Below, piece after piece: positions 29,443-41,400 of a stretch of 64,000 nucleotides of DNA. The notes beneath the pieces are model-generated. The model was not told the origin of the DNA and made no database searches. It saw only the letters and a list, made by a program, of their open reading frames with translations. The stretch lies in assembly GCA_963820525.1 (NCBI GenBank), contig CAWGAA010000001.1:2294203-2358202 (forward strand), written 5' to 3'. Origin of the DNA: an uncultured Spirochaetota bacterium (GTDB lineage Bacteria; Spirochaetota; Spirochaetia; SZUA-6; Fen-1364). Made by a program: the position numbers and the translations under genes. Numbering within the stretch: position 1 is the first letter of the stretch; every line of letters begins with the position of its first letter.

Positions 29443-32400
29443 TTACTGTTCCTTCTTATGATAGACCAGATTGAAGCGGCTCCCCGCATACCCGATGGCG
29501 ATGTCCGCGGATTGCGCAACTCCCGCGACGTAGCGGCCGATGTTCAGCGTAGAGCTGGTCACGATGTTCGTTCTGTGGTCGCGCACGGGATCGTTCACGG
29601 GGATAGTACCGTATTCCCAGTCGTCGGCGCTCGATCCGGTCCCACTCTTCACCCACGCTATCTTCAATCCACCCAGGGTGCCGACTGAAGAAGCGTTCTC
29701 GTACGATACGTACGGTATGGCGGTAGTTCCAATATACATCAGGGAAATCCTGCTCCAGGGCCCAACCGATTCTACGGAGTCGATGGTTACCGGGGCATCG
29801 AACGTATATTGCACCCCGGCGCCGGTCCCATCAACGTCATGACCATGGATGAAGACGAGGTTCCCGTCCGCGTTCTGGAAGGTCATAATGAACAGGTCGC
29901 CATACGTCGAAGATGCCGCGTCGTTGCTGTCCACCACCATGCTGACGTAGCTTCCCAGGAAGCTGTTTACGGGCTGGATGAGATCGATCTCCCACTGATG
30001 AGTAGCGCTCGGAGCGTAGGGGGCGGTAGCATTGAAATTCCCGACGGGTTGCGTGTTCCAGCCGCGGGCAATCTTCAGCGTCTTGTTGGTGTTGCTGTAG
30101 TACACGATGACGGGAACGCCGTCATCCGGGTCTATGCCGATATCGCTCCACAACCCGACGTCCTCGCTGGAGGCGTACTTGTAGTCAGGGGCTGCGCCGG
30201 CCAGGAAATCGTAGCCATCCACGACGACCTGGTTGTCGGTGAGGTGGTTCTGTCCGATGAACGTCCCCGTTCCGCCGGTGACCACCCCGTATTTCAGGCA
30301 TTTGCTCCACCCGTCGTAGTACGAGATGTACTTGACGTCGTTCGCCGGAGCGGCTCCCACCTTCACCGTGAACCGCGGGTTCTTGAACTGGAAGAGCATT
30401 TCATCCTGGCCGTCGGAGTGATTCGCTGGAGGAGGATCCGAGTTGCCTTCCCGCTCGATTTGCCGTGAGCTTCCCGTGTCGATGAAAGAGTTGAGACCCT
30501 GCCATGTCCCGGTCATATTCTGGTTTTCCAGCACAACGGAATGCCTGACGTCTACTCCTGCGTTGTTGCGGACGAACAGATCCGTATACTCGGCCGGGTC
30601 GACACCGCTCCAGATTTCGGTAGCGGCGCCTCCATAGGAGTTCGGCATGCTGTAGTACGACGCGCCGGAGTTATAGCTGGACCAGGCGCCGTAGACGTGG
30701 CTATTGGTGGGATTGATCGACATTGACGGCCACTCGGGTGCATCAGAGCCCGCGAAATAATCCCCGACGTCGAACACTGACATGTAGCGGTCGTCGTCCC
30801 AGAGGCCCGAACCGCCTTCGTTGTTATATTCCGCAGAATTGGAGTCGGTATTGTTAATGGAGGGCTGGCCGTTGACAACCACCTTCAAGTAGCCGGAGTT
30901 CACCATTTGCGTTCCGGTGAAGGTGAGGGAGGTATACGGCGATCCACTGCCGCTCACGGTCACAGTATTCTGCTGGACGGAGACCTTTACATCAGCGCCG
31001 TCGCTGGTGAAGTCGACCGCAGGGCCGCCGGAGGTGAGCGATACCTGGAAGTAATTCGCGGCCGTATTGACGACATAGTATCCGACGTTCGATGAGATCC
31101 CTGTCGGAAGCGTTGTCGCGGTAATCCACACTATCGTGCCGTTGGCGAGCCCGTGCGCTGTGGCATTCAGTCTATTGTCTCCATTGGTTGCGACGACGAG
31201 GAACGGCGTGCGGTTGATCGTGACGGTGGGAGTGTCGGTCCCGTCGCCGAGGTTGAATCCGGTCATGGTAAGGTTGGTCTCGCCCGCGTTCACGAGGAAC
31301 TTCCCATACTTTGTGCGGTTCGTCGGATACGGGCTCTGGCGGGTGATGCTCGTGATGTACGGAACCACGTCCACCTGGTAGGCGGGCTTGTTCGGGGGCA
31401 GGGTAATGGAGTAGCTCGTGCTGCCTACCGCAACCGGGACCGCAAGCTCGATGACGCCGCTTCCTGAGTCATAGTCCGCTACCGTGGTGTTGGTAGAACC
31501 GACGGTGATCGGCAGGTTGTCCCAGAGGGTCGTTCTACCCTGGAGATTCACGTCCGAAATGTGGGTCGTGTCCGCGCGCGTGCCGGTCCCGCTCAGCGTC
31601 GTGTTGTCCGCCGTCACGGCTGAACGGGTGGCTGCCTTGTCCTCTGCCACGATCCTGATGTTCTGATCGTTCACAGCGATGTGGGAGATCCGCGCCGAGT
31701 CCCAATCCAACCGCCAGACAACCGAGTGCCCGGCCTGCGAGAACGTGGAGGACACCACCGTGAACTTCCAACCGTTCGTGCCAAAGGTGTCTGACGGCAC
31801 CATGAACCCGTTCATACTGGTCCAGTTCGCGGGCGGGGAGCCCAAGGGATCGTAGTTGGCGATCCGGTAGTATGTCTGGCCTCCGATGCTGGTGGTGGGG
31901 ATGGTCGCGGCGTGCGGGAAGGTGAAGTTGTCGATATGCATCCAGATGTAAACCACTCCCTGATCGTCGCCCGTCGTGCCTCGTATGGATATCTTCCCCG
32001 AAACGTCGGGATCCGAATCGTCGATTCCCGCGAGCTCGATGTGCCCGTTTGTTTTCAAGTTCAGGTACAACGAATTGTCCGAGGCGCTGTTCCAGAAGAA
32101 GTTGTTGAGATAGGCCACCGGAGCTTTCGAGTCCGTGACCTTGATCTTGCAGACGATGTCCCTCTGGATGTGCTGGCTGTCGGTGAGCCTTGTCGTCTCC
32201 TCGGTGGTATCCCAGATGACGGATCGGAAGGTCCTCGTCCCGTCCGTGATGGCCGAAAGGGCCGTGGCATCCAGGAGTAGGGAAGTGATCGGCGTGCCGG
32301 TGCCGCCGTTTCTTACGACGTAGGTTCCTACTGCCGAGAGGCTTCCGGTGTTCGGGCCCGCGCTCACCTGGGTCTCCAGAATCCCGTTTCCGCCCGTGAT

Positions 32401-35400
32401 CTCGTACAGGATGTACATCGGAGCCGCTTTCACCTTGTAGCTGGTGGAGACCGAGGTCAGGTACGTGACGGGGTTGGTGCCCTGCGTGAAGAGGAACTTC
32501 TCTCGCTCAGTGCTGCTGGGCGTTTCATCGATGGACCCGTTCTTGTCCAGGTCCGTTCCCAGCCACATGGCGCCAAGCTGAGGCCCGCTGTTCTGCACGG
32601 AGGTGGCAATTTGATAGTGGGCGGCGTTCCCCGCTTCATCGTAGACGACGTAGTGGATCTCGATGGGCCCGTCCGGGATATTCGCCGAGTTGACGTCCAC
32701 GTACCAGTCGTAGGTGTCTCCCACGGTCTGCCTGAGCTTCTCCACGTAGCCGTCGCCGTCGTCGTTGAGCACGGAGGCACCGTCGTGCGACTCCGTTATG
32801 TTCTTGTGATCGATTGAGATCGCCAGGTCTATGGAGTACGCCGTGAGCCCCTGGTCCACGACCCCGTCCGCCCAGGTGATTGTGCCGCTTCCAGGGGTCC
32901 AGGTGTCGATTGTCCTGATGGTGCCGCCGATCGCGATTTTCTGACCCTTGTTGATCAAAGCGGCCGCCGGCGCGGCGATAAGGCTTGCGTCCACAAGGCT
33001 CGTCTGCGAGGGTCGCGTCCCGGTGCCCGTCCGCACGGGCTCGTATCCGCTGAAGGCGAAGTCGCTCAAATACGCCTTCGTGTTGCCGGCCAGGGGGTTG
33101 TACATGCGGTCGTTGGCGGGGTTCCCCATGCCTCTTCGGATGAAGTAGACCTCGACCCTGTCCACGTCGGAGCCTTCATCGAGAGCGCTCCCCGTGAGCT
33201 TGCACCATCCGTTGTCCTGAACCATGAACTTGGTGAGGTTGTCGAAATCCGGTCCTGTAGGCGCCGTGGGCGGCTTGGTGTCTATGGTGATCCGCATGTC
33301 CAAAGAGCTGGACTTGGGCTGCGCCGCCACGTCCACGGCGGCAAGAGTGAAGTTGAGCGGGACGACGGAGTTTCCCGGAGAATCGATTTCGACGTTCAGG
33401 TCTATCCGCTTGTAGAGCCCGTTCGTGTATGGGGGAACGGACGGGGTAACCAGCGTGAATGAACCGGTGTCCCCGGTGTAGACGCTGCCGTTCCAGAAGA
33501 TCGACTTCGAGATGGGGGCGGAAAGCGACACGCTGGACAAAGCGGATTCGTTTTCAATGCTCCCCTTGAGGTACCAGTTGCCCTTAATATACATTCCCGC
33601 GGTATATGTAACCGTGGTGGTGGGATCTCCCACTTTTTCCAGATACAGGGGAACGGTGGAGCCGATCTTCGGTACGTTCTTGTCCACAAGAATGGTCCTG
33701 GGCTGTGACCACGGCCCGAGGGTCCCGTTGATGTCCTTGGCCCGGACGCGGAAGCTGATCGGATTGGGCGTCTCGCCCGAGGGATCGAATTCCTGCGAGG
33801 AGTTGATGACTTCGTACCAGTTGTTGGAACCGATCACCGTGTGGCCGTTTCCGCCGTTGTACCAGTCCGTGCCGCCCGCCGTGTCGGCTGCGGTAAACTG
33901 CCCGTCATTGTTGCAGTCGATCTGCATGGCGACTTCCGCCACGCCGTCGTCGTCGATGGCGCTTCCATAGATGCGGATGGAGCCGCCGAGGGTCATGTTG
34001 GCGTCCGGATAGGAGACGCTCGCTACCGGTTTGTCGCCGTTGGGGTCTATCCTGAGGCTGTAGGGGTAGATGGTGAAGTCGGTCTCGCCGATGGACACGT
34101 CTCCCGACCAGGAGACGGTCCCGCTGGCCGGAGTCCACCCCGTGATGAGCCGCGCGTTGTTTCCGATGAACACGACCTGGCCCACCGCAATCCTGGTATT
34201 GTTCTGGATGGCCGCGGAGCTGAGGCTGGTCGGGTTGGAGCGCGTCGCTCCGGCGCCCGTAATGGGCAGGCTCTCCGTGCTGTTGCCCGCCTTGTCGGTG
34301 GCTCTCAAGACCATGGGGAACACGAAGAGGTCTACCCCGGTGTACGAATCGTGAATGGCGGAGACGTCGGTGTACACCTCGTATTCCTGGCTGGTTCCCA
34401 CCGCCACATCGGCGCCCGTCCAGGTGACGGTGCCGGCGGCCGGGGTCCAGGTTGCGATTACGCGATATGCGCCATTGATCTTGATCGTATTGCCCACCGC
34501 GGCATTGGGATTGCTGACCAGGGCTGCGGCGGTGAAGCTCTTCTCCTCTCCGGTCGTCCTGTCCACCAATCCCGAGTACATGGAGGAGTAATTGTCGATC
34601 TTGCTGGGGTTCAGGAAAGGTATCTCCCAGGTGTAGACGGTGCCTCCAACAGCCGTTGGAGACTGGCTCGTGTAGTTCTTGCCCAGTCGATACATGACGG
34701 TGTCCAGCCCGGAGCCGGAGTCGCTGGCCGTCCCTTTCACGGTGACCTCGCCGTTGACAATCGCGGCATTCACCGGGGTCAGGAAGCCGAGGCTCGGGGC
34801 GGAGTTATCCACAAGAATGGTCCGGGTTGCCGTGGAGGCCAGGCCTGATCCGTCCGTGACCGTCGCAACGACGTCCTTGGCGCCGTCGGAAAGCGCGGTA
34901 ACGTTCGTGACCCCGGTTTCATACGGGGTGTATCCCGGCCACGCCACGGGGCTTCCCACGACGCTTGCCGTTACGTTTCCGATTCCGGGGATGGCCACGA
35001 CAACGGAAGCGACGCCGTTTTCATCCCGCGCGGAGTACCGGATGTTGAACCGTCCCGTGGGCCCGCCAAATGGCATGTTCGTCGTGAGGCTCTTGGCGGC
35101 CAGGTGCACGAAAACGCCGCTTCCCGCGCTGGTGATGTCCACCACGGGGCCGCCCGATGTGGCAGAGACCTGGATCTGGGTGGACGTTGGGACCGCGACG
35201 ACGAAGTAGGTGGTGTTTGCCGAGATCCCGCCCGGAAGCCCCGTTGCGCTGAAGGTTACCGTGTTGCCCGAGGCAAGCCCGTGCGCGGAATCAGTGGTGA
35301 TAATGTCGGAGGTGTCGTTGGCCGTTGCAGGAAGACAGGTTTCGATGGTGATCGTCGGATCGACTTCAGGAGTCTTCGTGTCCACCTTGAAGGTCACAGA

Positions 35401-38400
35401 GGTGTCGTCCGCCGCGTCCTGGATGCGCGGCTCGTTCGACAGGTCCGTCGTGAAGACGGTAGAGGAAGCATCGGTAACGCGGAAGTACAGGCGCTTGGTC
35501 CCGTCTCCGGAAGAAGCGTCGTAGCTCCAGCTTGCGTCCGCCGTCACGGTCTGGAAAGCGGAGATCGTCACATCCGTTCCATCGCTGGTGTAGTCCAGCT
35601 TTGTGCCGTCCAGGGTCTGCGAAACCTCGAAGTGGGTGGCGTCGAGGCCTTCAGAGATGACGTAGTAGCGCGTGTTGGCCGAGATTCCCGCGGGCAGGGC
35701 GGTGCCGCCGAAGTAGACGGCGGTACCCGCAACAAGGCCGTGCGCGGACCCTGTGGCGAACACGTCGGACCCGGAGTTGGGAGTTACGGTAACTCCATCG
35801 AAAGCGGCCTCCCCAATCTCCAGTTTCGTCACCCCGTCGTCGTCGCTCACCGTGCCGTACACGGTATTGGTGAGCTTGAGGGTCGTCGTCCCATTGGGGT
35901 TCACGTTGGTCAGCTTGATCGTCGGCCGGTCGCTCTGCTGATCGATGAAGAAGCTCCTGTCCGTGTATTCGGGGTGCTGCGCATTGTAGGCGCTTTTATT
36001 CCCCGCGATGTCGGTTGCCATCGCGCGAAGAGTGATGCCGTACTTGGTGCCGCTTACCAGTGTGGATGCGTTCACGACGTCGGCCGCCGTCGTGTCGAGC
36101 GCGGCCAGGTTCCAGGAGTAGCTTCCCGTGGGGCTCAGGGTAAGGGCCACCAGAGGCGCCTTGACGTCCACTCCGTCCGTGGAGAAGTCGAGCCGGGCGC
36201 CGTTCGGGGTGGCCGAGACCTCAAAGTGGGTGCTGTCCAGATTTTCGGAGATTACATAGTACGACGTGGCTGCGCTGATTCCCGTGGGAAGCGTGGTCCC
36301 GGTGAAGCTCACCACGTCTCCGGCGGACAGGTTGTTCGCCGCCGTGGTCGTGAAGATATCGGTGAGGTTGTTCGCCGTGACAGTGGTATCCTTGACGATA
36401 TGCAGTGTGAGGGACTGCACGGCCACGTTATCCGAGCTTGTCCCGGTTACAGAGATCGTCTTGTTCGTCGTGGCGGAAGCCGCCGGGGTGAGGAAGCTCA
36501 CCGTCGGCTTCACCCTGTCCAGGCTGATGTTCCGCGTTGCGGTGGAAGTCCTTCCCGCTACGTCGGTCAATGTGGCCGTCAGGGTGCACACTCCGTCATC
36601 CAGGCCGCTGACTGACAGGGGCGCCGCGGAATCGTCCCATGTGCCGTTGTACACGTCACCGCCCGTCCTTGTCAGGACCCCATTGGATGCGTGCAGCGCG
36701 GCGTCCGCGAGACTGACGGCAATAGAGGAGACGCCGTTGGTGTCAGAGGCGGTCATCGAAACGGTGACTGCGCCGTTCCTGTAGGCGTTTGCCGTGGGAG
36801 CGGTGATGGAGCCGCCAGGCGGGGAGTCATCCTTCCAGAACGTCACGCTCGCCGTACCGGAAATGTTTCCCGCCTTGTCCTTGGCCTGGCATTGCAGGGT
36901 CTTCTGGCCCTCGGAACCGAGGGTGATGGTGGCGGTCCACGCGGTGCCGTTGTACACGCTGGCCGTCCAACCCACATCGGTGGACAGCTTCATCTCCACC
37001 GTCTGGAGGCCCGCGGGGCCGGCGTCGGATGCCGTTGCCGCGGCGGAAAGCGAAATCCCGGAGAAGACGTCGGTGAGAACCGGCGCCGTTATGACGGGAG
37101 TGTTCGGCAGGCTCTTATCGATCACCAGTGTGTAAATGGAAGAAACGCTCGCGCTTCCGGCTGCATCGTGCGAGATCGCGCGGTAGAGGTAGGCGCCCTC
37201 GGATGCGGCGGTCACCCACGTTGCGTCCCTGCCCCAGCTCCACGTTTCGGGGGTGGTCGTGATCGTGGCGACGTTCGTGTAGGTCAGGCCATTGTCCGTG
37301 CTCTGCTCCACTGTCACGTTGACGAGGCTGCCATTGTCCGCGGCCGCTCCGGCGAGGGTAAAGGCCGTGTTTGTATAGACGGTGACGCCCGGAGTGTACG
37401 GATTGGCGGGGTTTGTGCCGACCTGGAACGTGATGTCGGACAGCGTGGGCGGCACCTGATCCAGGTGAACCGCCTGGCTCGCCAGCGGAGAAGTGACGTT
37501 GCCGGCATTGTCGACGGCGCGCACATAGATCGTGCGGTCATCCGTGAACGAGCTTGAATCGTAGGTGTAGCTCCAGGTCGCGGTTCCGCTTGCGTCCTTC
37601 CAGTCCCCGGATCCCGGCTGGCCTGAAAGCATCACTGCCACCTGGACCTTGGAAAGCCCGCTGGTAGCATCGGAGGCGGTGCCCGAGATGCTGAAGGCGC
37701 CTTTCTTCCAGTCACCGTCTGCCGGTGAACCAATCGCCGCCGTCGGAGCCGCCGTGTCGACCTTTATGGGCACATCCACGGACGTAGACCTTCCATAGAT
37801 GTCGGTGGCCCGTATGGAGACCTTCTTGCTCATCCCCTCACCGATTGAAGCGGTTGGGATGGAGTCTGCCCATGACATCCTGCTCGCCGTGACGCCCGCC
37901 CCATCGCTCGCAAAGTCCACCTTGGCGCCTCCCGAGGAGGAGGAGACCTCGAAGGTCGTGGGATCAAGGTAGAGCACGTAGTACGGCGTGCCCCCGTCGA
38001 GCCCGCCGGGAAGGGTCGTTCCGCCGAAGTAGACGACCTGGCCGGCGGAAAGCCCATGCGGCGCCGCGGAAGTGAAAATCCCGGCTACATGGTCAGCGGT
38101 AACGCCGATGGCCGTGTCGTCGACCTGCATCTTTTCCCAAGTGCCCGGCGTGCCGGGATGGAATACCTCGATGTATTTCACTTCGGGAGTGCCGGGATTG
38201 GAATCATGATCCCAGGTGGAAAGGCCGTTTAAGTCGATCCCGGTGCCGTTGACCGCGAGGTTTGCGCCGGTAACGTACGAATTGACGGCAGGGGAGCCCA
38301 CTGTCACCGTAGGCGCGTTCTGGTCAACGGCAAACGCAACGTCCACCGTCAGGCTGACAAGCGCCGCGGCGTCCGTCGCCCGCACATGCAGAACGTGGTT

Positions 38401-41400
38401 CGCCTCCGCCAGTCCCGTGTCCGGGCCTTCGCCGTCGGTGTCGAGATCCACGGTGGCGGCCCAGTTGCTGCCGCCCGCAGCAAGGGCATAGGCTCCGCCG
38501 TCGACGGCGTACTCGACGCTCGCAATCTGAGACGCTTCGGCGACCGTGCCGGAGATCGTCATCGTCGGGCCCTGAGTCCAGCTCGAGGCCCCTGGCGCGG
38601 TCACGGCTACCACCGGTTTCGTGGTGTCGATGCGCACAAGCCGGGAGACCGTGGTCGTCTTTCCTGCCGCGTCGGTTACCGTGATCCGATATTCGTATTC
38701 TCCGTCGTCATTATGCGTTCCGGTGTTGTCCACCGTCTTGGGATAGCTCCACGGCACATTGCTCTTCCCGGTCTTGGGCTGCGTGTCCACCGTGGCGTAC
38801 GCTCCCCCGTCCCGGGAGGCCTCCACCTTCACGCTCACAACTCCGTTGGTATCCGAAATCGTTCCCCCGATAGTGAAGTCCGCGGTCCTGTAGACCAGAT
38901 TCGGGGTAGCGATCTGATCCTCGATAATCGAAGGCGCAGAAAGATCGTAGCTGAACGCCACGCTTGACGTCGCGTCGGGGTTCAGCCCGTCGGAGGCCTT
39001 CATATACAGGGTCTTCGGCCCTTCCCCTCCGCCGCTCACGTCTATCGTCGCATTCCAGGCAAGCCCGGTCAACGCGATCGGCGTCCAGGTGGCGTTGTCA
39101 AGAGACCACGCTAATTGCGTCACGCCCTTTCCCGCGCCGTCGCTCACCGTGCCGCGGATCGTGTAGTTCGCCGCATCCGCCCAACCGCCGCTTGTCGGGT
39201 CTGTGATCGTCAAGACAGGGCTCGATGTGTCCACCATCGCCGTTCGGGTCGCGCTGGTGGTCTTGCCCACGACGTCACGCACCGTGATGACGTACTCGTA
39301 GTTGCCCTCGCTCAAGAGAGTTGTTCCCGGCGCCGCGGGGTCTCGCGGCAGGCCCGTCAGGCTCCACGCCTGGCTTGTCACGCTGTAGTTCTGGTTGAAC
39401 ACTTCAATGGCCGTTCCGCCGTTCTTGCTCTGCGTCACCGTGACGTTGGCAAGCGCGTTGGTATCTTCCGCGGTCGCGTCCAACGTGAAGACCGCGTTCT
39501 TGAATTGCAGCCCGGTGGCCAGACTGATCCCGCTTAAGCTGGGATTCGACTGGTCGATCTGGAATGTGCGGGTTGCCACACCGCTGGTGTTGCTCGCGTT
39601 GTCGGTGGCACGGATGCTGAGGGTCTTCTGGCCCTCGCCGAGAGTGTTGAGATCCAGAGTCGCACTCCAACTCGAGGTACCGGTAGCGCTCTGCCAGGTG
39701 GTGCCGTTGGTGGACCACTCCACTGTAGCAACCCCGCTCAGGGGGTCGGTGGCCGTGCCCGATGCGTTGTATGCGGTTCCCGACAGCCACGCGCCCACGC
39801 CGGGGTTGGAGATGCCGACAGTCGGCGCCGTGGTGTCGATCTGCACGGTGCGGGTCACCACGTGGGTGCGCCCCGCAACGTCGGTCAGGGTGGCCCTGTA
39901 CTCGAAAAGCCCGTCGGCAAGCAGGGAGTCTGCAGGGGTTGCCGGGTCACGGGGCAGACCGGTGACGCTCCAGGGCTGCGGGGGTTGGGACCCGGAAATG
40001 CCCTGGTTGTACACCTCGACGAAGGTTCCCGTACCCTTTTTCTGCTCGACCTTGATGCTGGCAAGAGCATTGGTATCAGCCGCCGTCCCATCCATTGGGA
40101 AGAGCGCGCTTCTGCCCACCACGCCGGTGGCGATATTGGTCACGGTAAGGACGGGGTTCGCCTGGTCTATGCCGAAATCGCGCTGAACCGTGGCGGACCA
40201 GTTGCCCGCCGCGTCCACCGCCTTCACGGAGAGGCGGCGGTTGCCTTCCCCAAGGCCGCTTACGTCCATGAGGCCGGACCAGAAGGTGGTTCCGGTGGCC
40301 GTGTTCCAGGAGGAAAGGAGAGCAGGCGGAGTAGCGAGCGAATCTCCCGCCCACCAGTAGACCGCGGCCACTCCGGTTCCCGTCCCGTCCGAGGCATTTC
40401 CCGTTGCCGTGGAGGTGGAGCCGGAAAGCCAGGAAGAGCCCGCAGGAGCGGAGACGGCGAGTGTGGGCCCCGTAGTATCCACGACAAAACGATAGTCGGC
40501 CACGGTGGTCTTGGCGAAGCGGTCCGTGGCCCGGAACTTGTAGGTGTGGCTCCCGTCGAAGGTGTGGCCGGTTGTGTCGACGGCCACGGGGTAGCTCCAC
40601 GCGCCGCCGGGCGCGCTCAACACGGTCCAGGAGGCGCCGCCGTTGGTGCTCACCTCGACGTCGGACACGGTGTCGCTGTTCAGATCTGCAAGGCCGTTGG
40701 CATCGGAAGCGGTACCGCTGATGGCAAAGCCGGCGTTCACCACGGCGTCCTGGGCCGGGCTCGTCACCGAGGTGGAGGGCGGGTACTTGTCCACGACGAA
40801 GTACACGGGACCGATGGCATTGCTTGCGAACGGCAGGCCCATCTTCGCGGTGGCGAGGTCCGAGGCCTGGATGTGGAGGTAGTGCATGCCTTCGGCGAGG
40901 GAGGCTATGTTGTGCTCGAAGCTCACCACCTTGCCGCTGGGCCCCTTCTGGCTGACCGCAGCCCATGAGGCGGCCGCGTCGACGCTTATCTCGATGGTGG
41001 ACGAGTCGAGGCTGTCATCGTCCGTTGCGCTTCCCTGCACCTTTGCGTTGGACTCGAGGAGGTTTCCCCATCCCAGCGCCGGGGTGTTTCGGGCGGCGCT
41101 CAAGTTCGTGAGGCTGATGACGGGTTTGTCTGAGGACTGATCCACGGCCAGGGCCTGGGCGACTTCCTGCGTGTTGCCGGCCAAATCTATGGCGCGGATC
41201 CATGCATTGGTGACCGCGAGGTCGGTGAAGGTCGTGGTATCGATGACGAGGCTCGGAGTCGTCTTGTTGGTGGTTATCTCGGCAAAGGCGCCGCTGTCGC
41301 CATAGCGGTACCAGACGGTGGCCAGCCCCGTCGTATCGGAGACGGCCACGGTGAGGGTCACGATGCCGTTGACGGTGTTGGTGCCGATCACGGGCGTGAG

